DNA of 64,000 nt from Nostoc sp. (GCA_036918135.1 JBALDB010000018.1:64001-128000), one strand, 5' to 3'; shown: positions 33,423-44,017, counted from the stretch's first letter. Program-made: numbers and translations. Notes: a model not told the origin generated them from the sequence alone.

Positions 33423-33550
33423 AGGCAGGTATTGATTGAGGTTTTTGGATATAAAATACAGAATTTAGCAGAGAATTTACAAATTTACCACTAAATTCTG
33501 TACGTAAAAAAATCTAAATACCACCTCTTGAATAAGTAATTTGTACTATA

Positions 33551-35446
33551 TTACCTCTGCCGTAAGTATTTGAGGATGCCACTAGCGATCGCTTCTGCCA
33601 TCCGATTTTGATACTCTGGTGTTGCTAATCTGGGATTATCTTCTCGACCAGTCATATAACCTGTTTCCACTAAAATCGAGGGCATGGAGCTTTTCCTAAG
33701 AACGTAAAATCTGGCTTTGCGGGTTCCCCGGTCTTTCAAAGTACTAATGTGATTGAGGATGGTATTGCGAACTACTTCAGCCAGAGCATAACCGCTGTCG
33801 TAATAATATACTTCTAAGCCATTGACATCAGGGCGATTATCAACCGAATTAGCGTGAATACTGACAAATAAAGTTGCGTTGACTCGCTCAGCAATATCTA
33901 CCCGTCCCTGAAGTTCTACGAAAAAGTCAGCGTCGCGTGTTAGTACTGCTTGTACGCCATTTTGCTCTAAAATTGCTGCTACTTTTCTACCGATAGGCAA
34001 GACTACATCCTTTTCTAGGAGTCCGCCCAAACCAGGGGCGCCAGAGTCTTTTCCACCGTGTCCTGGGTCAAGCACTACAAGCAATTTTCCTCTAGGAACC
34101 GAGGGGCGTGGCTGTGGCTGAGATATAGGACGAGGATTATCTGTGGGGGTGGGAAGTTGACCTTGGTTTGGTGATGGCAGAGGAGGTAAAACAATGGGCG
34201 GTGCAATGCTAGTAGAGCGTCGTAATTCTAGAGCCAAAAGCTGGTCGCCGACTTGGTTGAGTTCGCCAATTTGCACTCCGGCTGCTGGTTGCACCAAGAC
34301 GGTAACAATGTTGGCTGCTTGTGGTTGCAGGCGGACGCGAAGGATAGGGCTATTATTATTAAAACTAGGCCCTTTAACTTTGGGAGCTAATCGAGCATTA
34401 TTGATAGTGATGCGGAATAGCCCAGAGCTTCTATCCCAGCCTGCTGTAGCAAATAAGTTTCGATCCGCTCTAATTAGCAGTTGTGTGCCATTACCAGCTA
34501 GTTCCACAGACTCAATAGTGGCAGGTGAATTGTTCGTAGGTGGGACGGGGCGTGGAGTATTATTGCTTGGTAATTGGGCAATACCACGACTAGGCAGAAC
34601 TATGAAACCACCAGCACTACTAGTAGTTGCTCGCCAGTCAGAACCATTTTTGTCCACCTGTAAGGTCATGCGAACAACAGACGGGCTACTTTCTGGTTGG
34701 GAAAATCGGATGCGGCTGACCCCGTAGCGATTAATCGGCAAATCTCGCTGCTCTAAATTTGGTGATAGAGTTGCGCCAGCGATGTCGATGTTAATTTGCT
34801 GGCGATCGCTGCTACGATTTACTTGAATCTGAGGATTACCGCCAGTGGTGGCGATGAAAAAGCCATCGCCTGTGATTCGTAAGTTTTCAATTTGAGTAAC
34901 TCTGGCGACCACTGTTCCGTTGTTAGGTGGATTAGAGCCTGTGGTCACCACATTATAAATATTTCTGGGAGAGAGGGCTGGTGTAGATGTTCTCGGTGAA
35001 GTTTCTGTAGCTGTTTGTTGCCCTTGAGTATTTGTATAAGATATATTTTCTGCTTCTGGCGTCGGTAATTGCACAGTCCAGCGAGTGCCACTTGTACCCA
35101 TAAATTTTACTCGCTTGGGGTCTAAAGTATAACCAGAGGTCAATTCAACGACTATGCGCGTTGTTTGTTCGTCAAATTGCCCAATGCGGATAGCGCGAAT
35201 TGCACCACCGACTTGTTGAGTTAGCTCAGGACGCCCAAATGTCGTTCCTGGCAAATCAATTACCAAACGAGTTGGATTAAAAATTAGTTGTGCTTGGGGT
35301 TGAACATCCCCCAAAGTATTAATTTCCAGTTTGTTTTGATTAACATCAAAACGCCAAGATTCTAGTCTCGCAGCCATTGCTGGCGACGACAGCATGAAGA
35401 TAGTTCCAATAGTACTGGGTAATAACCAGTGTAATTTCACAGTCAT
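33551..35446 (-). CDS. amiC2: N-acetylmuramoyl-L-alanine amidase AmiC2 (AMIN domains + Amidase_3)
   Basis: Signal peptide, AMIN (PTRLVIDLPG), LDPGHGGKD, SIHAN, ILVETGYM. Second of a tandem pair upstream of murI; start may be GTG 35440. Confidence 0.9.
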   Translation of the reverse strand: MTVKLHWLLPSTIGTIFMLSSPAMAARLESWRFDVNQNKLEINTLGDVQPQAQLIFNPTRLVIDLPGTTFGRPELTQQVGGAIRAIRIGQFDEQTTRIVVELTSGYTLDPKRVKFMGTSGTRWTVQLPTPEAENISYTNTQGQQTATETSPRTSTPALSPRNIYNVVTTGSNPPNNGTVVARVTQIENLRITGDGFFIATTGGNPQIQVNRSSDRQQINIDIAGATLSPNLEQRDLPINRYGVSRIRFSQPESSPSVVRMTLQVDKNGSDWRATTSSAGGFIVLPSRGIAQLPSNNTPRPVPPTNNSPATIESVELAGNGTQLLIRADRNLFATAGWDRSSGLFRITINNARLAPKVKGPSFNNNSPILRVRLQPQAANIVTVLVQPAAGVQIGELNQVGDQLLALELRRSTSIAPPIVLPPLPSPNQGQLPTPTDNPRPISQPQPRPSVPRGKLLVVLDPGHGGKDSGAPGLGGLLEKDVVLPIGRKVAAILEQNGVQAVLTRDADFFVELQGRVDIAERVNATLFVSIHANSVDNRPDVNGLEVYYYDSGYALAEVVRNTILNHISTLKDRGTRKARFYVLRKSSMPSILVETGYMTGREDNPRLATPEYQNRMAEAIASGILKYLRQR

Positions 35447-35920
35447 TTCTCCTGATTCACGTTCATGGGAGCCGTCAAGATCTCAACATATTGGCAAATC
35501 CTCACACCGTCACCGCGCACACTTGAGTTTTGCGCTGCGATCTAGACACAGCTAATGGCGTAAAATATAGCACGCTCCTCTGATTTTGCCATGCCATTAG
35601 CCTAGATAAATTAGACCTCCAAACCATCAGATGACAATAACAAACAACCCACTCTTGTCCCGCCCCAAAAATACCTAAATTTTTTAGGTAAACCCCTGAC
35701 GCTTGCTAGCAGTTAGCGTCAAGCAGGAGAAGAGATAAGTAATTTCTTAATGGCAAGAGAGTAATTTAGAATTATGAAACTTGGGAGTTTAATACTTTGA
35801 TGACTCCAACTCAGACAAATTTGTTCTCAGCACCAGCAATACATCATCAGAATCACTACTAAATTGTATAAATTTAATAATCATTTAAATGTATTTACTC
35901 AACAATTTAGACGAAATTAC

Positions 35921-37801
35921 TTATCTTCTCTTCAGGTACTGAAGGATGCCACGAGCGATCGCTTCTGCCATTCTATTTTGATAAGCTGAGGTTCTGAGCC
36001 TAGCCATATCCTCTCGACCAGTCATATAACCCGTTTCCACCAGAATCGAGGGCATAGAACTTTTTCTCAGGACATAAAATCTAGCTCGCCGGACTCCCCT
36101 GTCTTTGAGAGTACCAATACTTTGGAGAATGCTAGTGCGGACAACGCGAGCTAAACTCAAACCGCTGTCGTAATAATAGACTTCCAAACCATTAACATCG
36201 GGACGACTCGCACCAGCTGAATTCGCGTGGATGCTAACAAACACATCAGCATTAGCTCTTTCTGCCATTTGTACTCGTCCGGGAAGAGTAACAAAATAGT
36301 CAGAATCCCTAGTCATAAGAACTTGTAGACCATTTTGCTGTAAAATTTCTGCCACTCTTCTACCAATAGGCAAGATAACATCCTTTTCGCGTGCCCCCCC
36401 AATGCCAATTGCTCCAGAATCTTTACCACCGTGTCCGGGGTCAATAATGACTACCAGTCGCCCATTGCCGACTCGGCGCTGTGGTTGTGTTGCAGGTCGG
36501 AGGTTGGGATTGTTTGGGTCTGGGAATGAGCCTCGGTTGATTGGTGGTAGCGGAGGTACAGTATAGGGAGGTCTTCCAGGAAGTGTGACAACTCGACGAG
36601 AGCCTTGTATTGGTACAGCCAAAAGCCGATCGCTGATTCGATTTGGTTGCCCAAGTTGGACTCCCGGTGCTGGTTGAACTAAAACGGTAACTGTATTAGG
36701 TTGTTGCGATTGCAGGCGTACTCGGAGAATGGGGCTATTGGCAGCAAACGTAGGCCCTATAACTCTGGGAGCTAACTTTGCATTGCCAATTGTGAGGCGG
36801 AACAAACCAGAGCTTCTATCCCAGACTCCCCTAGCAGATACAGTTTGGTCAGCTCTAATCAGCAGTTGTGTGCCATTATCAGCTAGTTCTACCGACTCAA
36901 TTGTGGCTGGCAAATTGTTAGCTAATGGTGTGCTGGGAAAGGAAACAGATTCCGACTGATTGTCAAAATTATTACTTCTAGGTAATGTAACAACGCGAGT
37001 AGGCAAAACCACCAAACCACCACTACTACTGGTACTTACTTGCCAGTTTGGGCTATTTTTATTTACCCGTAAAGTTAAACGAACACCAGGGGGTCGAGTT
37101 TGTAATTGGGTGAATTCAACACGACTAACCCCAAACTTGTTAACAGACTGATTATTCTGTTGTATCAACCGTGGTGATAAAGATGCGCCAGAAATATCCA
37201 TGAAGATGCTAGCGCGATCGCGGCTGCGAATTACTTGAATCGGAGGATTAGCACCCCTGGTACGGATGAAAAAACCATCGCCTGTGACTTGCAAGCTCTC
37301 AATTTGAGTCGCCGCCTGGGGAGTGGTGACGACCCTTGAAAGATTGGGTCTAGGACTAGAATCTGGAGTTACTACACTATAAATATTTCTTGGAGGTGAT
37401 GCTACTTTATCGACTTCTGGTCTAGGTAATTGCACCGTCCACTGCTCGCCAGTTGTGCCCACGAATTTTACTCTTTTGGGGTCTAAAGTATAACCAGGAG
37501 TTAATTCGACGACTATGCGCGTTGTTTCGCTCTCAAACTGCCCAACACGGATAGAACGAATACCACCACCTACCTGCTGGGTGACCTGAGGACGCCCAAA
37601 CGTCGTTCCTGGCAAATCAATTACCAAGCGAGTCGGGTTGAAAATTAATTGTGCTTGGGGTTGAACATCCCCCAAAGTATTAATTTCCAACTTATTTTGA
37701 TTGGCATCAAAGCGCCATGATTCTAGTCTCCCAGCCATTGCCGGCGACGATAGCATCAAGATAGTTCCAATAGTGCTGGGTAGTAACCAGTCTAATTTCA
37801 C
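35921..37801 (-). CDS. amiC1: N-acetylmuramoyl-L-alanine amidase AmiC1
   Basis: Same architecture as amiC2. GTG start at 37801 after AGGAG, by alignment with the amiC2 N-terminus. Confidence 0.9.
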   Translation of the reverse strand: MKLDWLLPSTIGTILMLSSPAMAGRLESWRFDANQNKLEINTLGDVQPQAQLIFNPTRLVIDLPGTTFGRPQVTQQVGGGIRSIRVGQFESETTRIVVELTPGYTLDPKRVKFVGTTGEQWTVQLPRPEVDKVASPPRNIYSVVTPDSSPRPNLSRVVTTPQAATQIESLQVTGDGFFIRTRGANPPIQVIRSRDRASIFMDISGASLSPRLIQQNNQSVNKFGVSRVEFTQLQTRPPGVRLTLRVNKNSPNWQVSTSSSGGLVVLPTRVVTLPRSNNFDNQSESVSFPSTPLANNLPATIESVELADNGTQLLIRADQTVSARGVWDRSSGLFRLTIGNAKLAPRVIGPTFAANSPILRVRLQSQQPNTVTVLVQPAPGVQLGQPNRISDRLLAVPIQGSRRVVTLPGRPPYTVPPLPPINRGSFPDPNNPNLRPATQPQRRVGNGRLVVIIDPGHGGKDSGAIGIGGAREKDVILPIGRRVAEILQQNGLQVLMTRDSDYFVTLPGRVQMAERANADVFVSIHANSAGASRPDVNGLEVYYYDSGLSLARVVRTSILQSIGTLKDRGVRRARFYVLRKSSMPSILVETGYMTGREDMARLRTSAYQNRMAEAIARGILQYLKRR

Positions 37802-37961
37802 AGTCCTTTCTCCTAATTCACATTCATGGGAGTTTTCAGTAGTGCTGAGTTGCAAGTTCTCAGTTGCCCTTTGCCCTTGGGAGAAGTTCAGCTCTAGAGA
37901 ACTTGAAGTTCTTGACTTCTCGTCTTGTTGTAACCCCCAGATTAAATTCCGACTCAATGAG

Positions 37962-38100
37962 TACAGCAGTTTTGATTTGCATGAAGTACAGAGTTAATGG
38001 TTTTGAGGCAGGAGGCAGGAGGCAGAGGGCAGGAGGGAAAAGAATAATTTCTATATTGAATTCTCCAGTTGTGTACCTCATTTATTTGCAAACTGCTGTA
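37962..38100. mobile_element. MITE-like element with 29-bp imperfect TIRs and TA ends
   Basis: Left TACAGCAGTTTTGATTTGCATGAAGTACA; right (reverse complement) TACAGCAGTTTGCAAATAAATGAGGTACA. Internal GGCAGGA heptamers. Confidence 0.7.
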
Positions 38101-38841
38101 TTTTTAATCTGCTTTATTTAATTTATGACTTAGATTCGTTGCTCAGCAATGCTTGAGTCAATATTCAACTCATTGGTATATCACACTCTCACCACCTAAA
38201 CTTGAGCTTTGATGCCTTTTTTAATTGTTAAGTTGGTATAAAGACACAGTAAAATTAATACTAGTTATCAGTTAACAATTCCTAGGTTTTATATTGGAAT
38301 TCAGATCCAGTGTAAAAACTTCCATCTCAAAAAGTGGGGAACTTTGACTCCCAAGAAAGCTAGATAACTGATGATTGATAACTCCTGACAAATAACTGTT
38401 TGTTGTTTGTTGCCATTAATGCACTGAGTAAACAATTCCTACTACCGTCAGTTGAGCTAGCAAAATTTATAGATGTTACTCCCCAATTACTTGAAAAATC
38501 TTCAAATGAAGACTGATACGAATCTGCTTTCTAAATTGGAACTTTCACTTTAGAGAGGTAGACAGCGAACAAGAGAAATTTATAAATTACGCTTTTGGAT
38601 GCAAATTGGTATGAAGAGAAGAGGGAAACTGGAAATAAGTAACATTCCAAATACTAGTAGAAATTACAAACAAACGACAATTTTATAATCACACGGGACG
38701 AAAATTTAGAAAGAGAAGTTTCCACTTGAGAAGGGAGGGGAGTAAGAGACGCTTTGAGGCGGGGATGAGGGAGATAGAGAGACCAGGGAGAAGAACTCTC
38801 AACTCCTCACTTAGCACTCCCAATGCCTCATACCCCAGCGA

Positions 38842-40302
38842 TTAACTATCCTCAGATTCTGGAATTACTTCTGACACTGATACCTTCGACTGAGGTGGTT
38901 CGATTACCAACGATGTCCCAGAAGCACCGTCTAAAATCAGTTGCTCTGAGCCTGCATCCACGGTTTTTGGTTCTGGAAATACAAGTCGTAACAAGGGAGG
39001 AGCTAAAAAGGTGGTTAAGATAACCATCATGATGATTGCTGCTCCTAATGGTTTCGAGAGAACCCCGCTAGCAGCGCCGACACCAGCAAATACTAACCCG
39101 ACTTCACCTCTAGGAATCATCCCCACACCGATCGCTAAACGGTTGATTTCCGGTTGACCAAACACGCTTAAACCTGTGATTACTTTACCGAGAATGGCTA
39201 CTGTAATCAGGAAAGTTGCCATAATTAGACCTTCACGATTATCAGGAATCGCTGGATTTAAGACTCCCAAATCAGTCTTTGCACCAACACTCACAAAGAA
39301 AATTGGCACTAGCATATCAGCAATCGGACAGACTTGTCTTTGCAGTTCTTTACGCTTATCTGTCTCTTCTAAGACTAAACCTGCGGCAAAAGCTCCCAGA
39401 ATTGCTTCTAACTGGATGACAGCAGCTAGATATGCCATTGCAAAAGCGAAGATGAATGCTGGTATAACCAATCCACCACGTGTTTTGAGTTTATCAGCGA
39501 TCGCCACGAAGGATTTATTGAAAACATTGCCTAGCAAGATTGCTCCCAAAATAAAACTAGTGGCACTGATAATCAAATAAATCACTTTGCCAACATCTAC
39601 CACGCCATCTTTAGCTAAAGTGGCTACTACCGCTAAGACAATGATTCCCAGAACATCGTCAATCACAGCAGCACCGAGAATAATCTGCCCTTCTCTAGAA
39701 TTGAGTCGCCCCAGTTCTGACAGCACTTTGGAAGTAATCCCAATACTAGTAGCAGTCAAAGCCGCCCCTGCAAAAATTGCGGGGACAGCACTGATACCAA
39801 ACAAAGTCATCAATCCCACAGTACCAGCAGCAAAGGGTACTGCCACCCCCACCACTGCAACAACGGTGGCTTGGATACCCACTGCCATTAAATCTTTTAA
39901 GTTCGACTCTAAACCAATTTCAAACAGCAGGATGATCGCGCCCAATTCTGCCAAAACGGAAACGACTTCTGACTGTACTGCAAACACTGCTGGAGTGGCT
40001 TCCGGAGATAAACCAGCTGTGATTTGCAGGAAACTCATAATCAAAGAGTTAGAACTGTCTGTGCCGCCTTGTGGAAACACTAAAAGATGGAGAACAGAGA
40101 TACCTACTATCACGCCACCTACGAGTTCTCCTAAAACTGGCGGAAAACCGACTTGGTTTGATAACTCGCCACCAAGTTTGCTGGCGAGGTAAATGACTAC
40201 TAAGCTGAGTAACACTGCTGCTACTACCATTGAACTGTCTGCGGCTTGTGTTGCGCTAGCCAGCATAGGAAAAGAGAAGTTGCTTGGATTTAACAAATGC
40301 AT
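38842..40302 (-). CDS. CPA2-family Na+/H+ antiporter (NhaS3-like)
   Basis: PPVLGEL, LLFEIGLES, ATSIGIT, AAVIDDVLG, GMIPRGEVG. Confidence 0.93.
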   Translation of the reverse strand: MHLLNPSNFSFPMLASATQAADSSMVVAAVLLSLVVIYLASKLGGELSNQVGFPPVLGELVGGVIVGISVLHLLVFPQGGTDSSNSLIMSFLQITAGLSPEATPAVFAVQSEVVSVLAELGAIILLFEIGLESNLKDLMAVGIQATVVAVVGVAVPFAAGTVGLMTLFGISAVPAIFAGAALTATSIGITSKVLSELGRLNSREGQIILGAAVIDDVLGIIVLAVVATLAKDGVVDVGKVIYLIISATSFILGAILLGNVFNKSFVAIADKLKTRGGLVIPAFIFAFAMAYLAAVIQLEAILGAFAAGLVLEETDKRKELQRQVCPIADMLVPIFFVSVGAKTDLGVLNPAIPDNREGLIMATFLITVAILGKVITGLSVFGQPEINRLAIGVGMIPRGEVGLVFAGVGAASGVLSKPLGAAIIMMVILTTFLAPPLLRLVFPEPKTVDAGSEQLILDGASGTSLVIEPPQSKVSVSEVIPESEDS

Positions 40303-40476
40303 TGGGTTGTGTGAAAATCCTTCTCTTTGATTCTGACGTGTTTCTGAAAAACATCTGTCTTTCGATATGATATTTGCAGCTTTTAAAAGGGATTGGGGAA
40401 GGTAGGGCCCCTTTGGGGATAAGGGGTGATGGGGATTGGGGAGAAAGGAGTGATAAGAGAGTTAAAACTTTAAAAA

Positions 40477-40727
40477 TCACCTTCAGAAGCTCAAGTTTCA
40501 CCTTCAGAAGCTCAAGTTTCACCTTCAGAAGCTCAAGTTTCATTCTCAGAAGCTCAAGTTTCACCCTTAGAAGCTCAACTTTCATCCTCAGAAGCTCAAC
40601 TTTCATCCTCAGAAGTTCAACGTTCACCCTCAAAAGCTCAAGTTTCACCCTTAGAAGCTCAACTTTCATCCTCAGAAGCTCAACTTTCATCCTCACAAGC
40701 TCAACTCTCATCCTCAGAAGCTCAAGT
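40477..40727. repeat. Tandem array of 12 x 21-bp units (consensus TCAYCCTCAGAAGCTCAASTT)
   Basis: Contiguous 21-bp period with no spacers, flanked by complementary GGGGATT/TCCCCAG heptamer tracts. Confidence 0.93.
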
Positions 40728-40749
40728 CCAAATTTTTACTTCCCAGTTC

Positions 40750-41169
40750 CTAGTCCCCAGTCTCCAGTAAATCCATCAAGCGCTGCCAATAGTCTTGAGA
40801 AACCGGGACTACAGACAGTCTAGGAAGTCGCAGCAAGTCGAAATCTGTAAATTTTTCATCCTGCTTGATTTGAGCTAAGGTGACGGGTTGCTTTACTCTT
40901 TGTACTGCCTGCACATTTACAACTACCCGTTTGCTATCGTTGAGTGCTGGATCGGTATAAGGTTGACTAATTATTTCTGCTACGCCGATGACTTGTCGTT
41001 CTTTACCTGTGTGATAAATCAACGCAAAATCACCAATCAGCATGGTACGTATATGTTTGAGCGCTAGAGGATTGTTAACTCCATCCCAAATTGTACTGCC
41101 ATCCCGTTCCAAATCGAAGTAAGAATAGTTTTCCGGTTCAGTTTTCAGCAACCAATACGCCATACCCAA
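40750..41169 (-). CDS. EVE domain protein
   Basis: [28 protein letters not shown]. Confidence 0.9.
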   Translation of the reverse strand: MGMAYWLLKTEPENYSYFDLERDGSTIWDGVNNPLALKHIRTMLIGDFALIYHTGKERQVIGVAEIISQPYTDPALNDSKRVVVNVQAVQRVKQPVTLAQIKQDEKFTDFDLLRLPRLSVVPVSQDYWQRLMDLLETGD

Positions 41170-41382
41170 ATTTCCGAATAGATTAATGTAATTTTTTTAG
41201 TTTCCAAAAACGTAACCATTCCCGCTTTTGATTCTGGCAGTGTCAAAGTATAAACATACAAATCGTATCTAGCGATCGCATTTGAATTATGAAAAACTTG
41301 TGATGACTGTTAACTTTCAACAGTTATCAAAGGATTGCTGTATACGCTGATTAAAACATCTGTTGTGAGGAGTGCAAATCTG

Positions 41383-42132
41383 ATGACTAGAGCCGCTTTA
41401 CCCGGTTCTGCATTTCCATCTGGAAATTTGTGGAAAATACTGTCTTTAACTTTGCTTTTATGTACAACTTTTACACTACCTGCCCTGGCACAAGAAAAGG
41501 AGAAAATGTGGCGAACTCTGACTGTCAATGCTCGCGGAACTCAAGAAATTCCTACAACCATAGCGCAAGTCAGTTTAGGAGTAGAAATTCAAGGTAAAAC
41601 TGCCCAAGAGGTACAGCAAGAAGCCGCCCGTAGGTCATCGGCTGTAGTTGCGTTTCTGAAAAACCAAAATGTGGATAAATTACAAACTACTGGTATCCGA
41701 CTCAACCCAGTTTATAGCTACACTAATAATGTGCAGCGGCTTACAGGCTATACTGCCAATAACACCGTAAGTTTTCGTATTCCTGTTGAGCAAACTGGTA
41801 CATTATTAGATAGTGCTGTGAAAGCTGGTGCAACACAAATTGATGGTATTAGTTTTGTTGCGAATGATGAAGCGATCGCTAGGGCACAAAACGAAGCATT
41901 AGCAGAAGCTACCCAAAAGGCGCGACAGCAAGCTAATGCTGTTTTCAGTGCCTTGGGTTTGTCACCCAAAGAAGTGGTAAGCATTCAAGTTAATAATACC
42001 AATCCGCCCCCACCACCTGTGTTATACCGTGCTGAGGCTCCCAAATTAGCTCAACAAGCTGACGCTTCCACCCCTGTGATTGGTGGCGAACAGGAAGTAG
42101 AAGCATCGGTGACACTGCAAATTAGTTATTAG
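41383..42132 (+). CDS. SIMPL (DUF541) periplasmic protein
   Basis: Signal peptide, RTLTVNARG, LQTTGIRLNPVY, GATQIDGISF, EASVTLQISY. Start follows GAGGAG. Confidence 0.88.
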   Translation: MTRAALPGSAFPSGNLWKILSLTLLLCTTFTLPALAQEKEKMWRTLTVNARGTQEIPTTIAQVSLGVEIQGKTAQEVQQEAARRSSAVVAFLKNQNVDKLQTTGIRLNPVYSYTNNVQRLTGYTANNTVSFRIPVEQTGTLLDSAVKAGATQIDGISFVANDEAIARAQNEALAEATQKARQQANAVFSALGLSPKEVVSIQVNNTNPPPPPVLYRAEAPKLAQQADASTPVIGGEQEVEASVTLQISY

Positions 42133-42206
42133 TCGTGTAGTCATTAGTCATTAGTCATTAGTCATTAGTAAATACAAAGGACTAATGACAGATGACTAAT
42201 GACTGA

Positions 42207-42566
42207 TTAGAAATTCTCTGGCGAAAAATCTCCGCCCCCTTCTGCATCTCGCTTAGAACCTAATAAATCTAATTGGTCTACTTGGATAACTGGTGAGGAA
42301 CGGTTTGCTCCTGTTTGGCGATCGCTCCATGTGTCAAACTTTAAAGAACCTTTGACGGCAATTTGCTTGCCTTTACGTACATAATTACCTGCCACCTCAG
42401 CCGTTTTTCCCCATAGTTCTAAATTAAACCAATCGGTATGTTCGCCTTCTTTACTACGGCGATTAACAGCTAGCGTCAATCTACACTTGACACTACCAGA
42501 CTCGAAGTATTTAATCTCTGGGTCGCCGCCTACACGACCGACGAGGGTGACAATATTGATACTCAT
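42207..42566 (-). CDS. ssb: Single-stranded DNA-binding protein
   Basis: NIVTLVGRVGGDPE, TDWFNLELWGKTAE, acidic C-terminal tip ending in F. Confidence 0.96.
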   Translation of the reverse strand: MSINIVTLVGRVGGDPEIKYFESGSVKCRLTLAVNRRSKEGEHTDWFNLELWGKTAEVAGNYVRKGKQIAVKGSLKFDTWSDRQTGANRSSPVIQVDQLDLLGSKRDAEGGGDFSPENF

Positions 42567-42580
42567 GTGCGTTACCTTTT

Positions 42581-42594
42581 AGTACAACAGTACT
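42581..42594. promoter_or_regulatory. Cyanobacterial LexA (SOS) box upstream of ssb
   Basis: AGTACAACAGTACT matches RGTAC-NNN-DGTWCB, 14 bp upstream of the ssb start. Confidence 0.85.
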
Positions 42595-42899
42595 GATTAG
42601 TCTAGACTCCCATCATAGCGAATTGTCAAACTATTGAAAATAATGTGCTAAACAGTTAACAATATAATTGAATTGAAAAATGATACATAATACTTGGAGA
42701 AACACATAAAAGTATACGGATACTCTAATTTAACGAGAGAATATCAAAAAATAAATGCCTGAGACATAGTAAATATTGCTGGGAATTATATAAAGATATA
42801 GTCTAGTTTACTGGACTCAGGATAGAAACGAATAGCATATAACACTATTAACTCTTACTGTTGTAGTCAAAAAGTAGCACATAGGGGGCTTAGAGACGC

Positions 42900-43943
42900 G
42901 TGGGTCTTTTCAGGAACTTTCGCACATCATGGGATATGGGTATCGACCTCGGTACTGCTAACACCCTTGTTTATGTATCTGGTAAAGGTATTGTACTCCA
43001 AGAACCTTCGGTGGTTGCCATCGATCAAAGTGAAAAGGTAGCCTTGGCTGTCGGGGAAGAAGCCAAGAAAATGCTCGGTCGGACGCCTGGAAATGTGATT
43101 GCTCTGCGCCCCCTGCGTGATGGTGTAATCGCTGACTTCGAGGTCGCCGAGCTGATGCTCAAAAGCTTTATTCAGCGTGTAAATGAAGGTAGATCCCTGA
43201 TTTTACCACGGATTGTGATTGGCATTCCTAGCGGCGTCACAGGAGTAGAAAGACGAGCTGTGATGGATGCGGCTCAACAAGCTGGGGCAAGAGAAGTTTA
43301 CTTAATTGATGAACCTGTAGCGGCGGCAATTGGTGCAGGACTTCCTGTTACTGAACCTACTGGTAACATGATCATTGATATTGGCGGCGGCACCACAGAA
43401 GTTGCAGTGCTGAGTCTTCAAGGTACGGTGCTGAGCGAATCAGTACGCATTGCTGGGGATGAGCTCACTGACTCAATCGTTCAGTATCTGAAGAAAATGC
43501 ACAACTTAGTGATTGGTGAACGTACTGCCGAGGAGATTAAGATTCGGCTTGGCTCTGCCTATCCTACTAACGATGATAATGATGGGATGATGGAAGTTCG
43601 AGGTTTACACTTACTTTCTGGTCTGCCACGAACTGTAACAATCAAAAGCCCAGAAATCCGTGAAAGTATGCTCGAACCGTTATCGGTAATTATAGAAGCT
43701 GTGAAGCGGACACTGGAACGCACCCCTCCAGAACTAGCAGCAGACATTATTGACAGAGGTATTATGCTGGCTGGTGGTGGTGCTTTGCTCAAAGGCATAG
43801 ATACCCTGATTAGCCATGAAACAGGTATTGTGACTCACATTGCCGCCGATCCTTTAAGCTGTGTTGTGCTGGGGACAGGTCGTGTGCTAGAAAACTTTAA
43901 GCAGATGGAGCGAGTTTTCAGCGCTCGCTCTCGCAATATGTAG
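42900..43943 (+). CDS. mreB: Rod shape-determining protein MreB
   Basis: GIDLGTANT, DIGGGTTE, LAGGGALL. Confidence 0.98.
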   Translation: MGLFRNFRTSWDMGIDLGTANTLVYVSGKGIVLQEPSVVAIDQSEKVALAVGEEAKKMLGRTPGNVIALRPLRDGVIADFEVAELMLKSFIQRVNEGRSLILPRIVIGIPSGVTGVERRAVMDAAQQAGAREVYLIDEPVAAAIGAGLPVTEPTGNMIIDIGGGTTEVAVLSLQGTVLSESVRIAGDELTDSIVQYLKKMHNLVIGERTAEEIKIRLGSAYPTNDDNDGMMEVRGLHLLSGLPRTVTIKSPEIRESMLEPLSVIIEAVKRTLERTPPELAADIIDRGIMLAGGGALLKGIDTLISHETGIVTHIAADPLSCVVLGTGRVLENFKQMERVFSARSRNM

Positions 43944-43959
43944 CGAACAAATATCAGAC

Positions 43960-44017
43960 TTGAGTTCTATTTGAGTTCTATTTGGGTTCTATATAAATGA
44001 GAACTCAAATAGAACTT
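43960..44017. repeat. mreB-mreC intergenic 11-bp triple repeat with an inverted arm (stem-loop)
   Basis: TTGAGTTCTAT x2 and TTGGGTTCTAT, followed by AGAACTCAAATAGAACT. Confidence 0.7.

Noticed and set aside
37802..38121. amiC1 upstream extension and short overlapping ORFs
   Set aside because: They run through heptamer repeats and a MITE; alignment with amiC2 places the start at 37801.
39176..40192. Long plus-strand ORFs opposite the antiporter (similar cases opposite amiC2, uvrB and wzc)
   Set aside because: They are antisense shadows of well-supported genes.
40477..40727. Possible CRISPR array
   Set aside because: Units are contiguous 21-mers with no unique spacers, and there are no cas genes; it is a tandem repeat.
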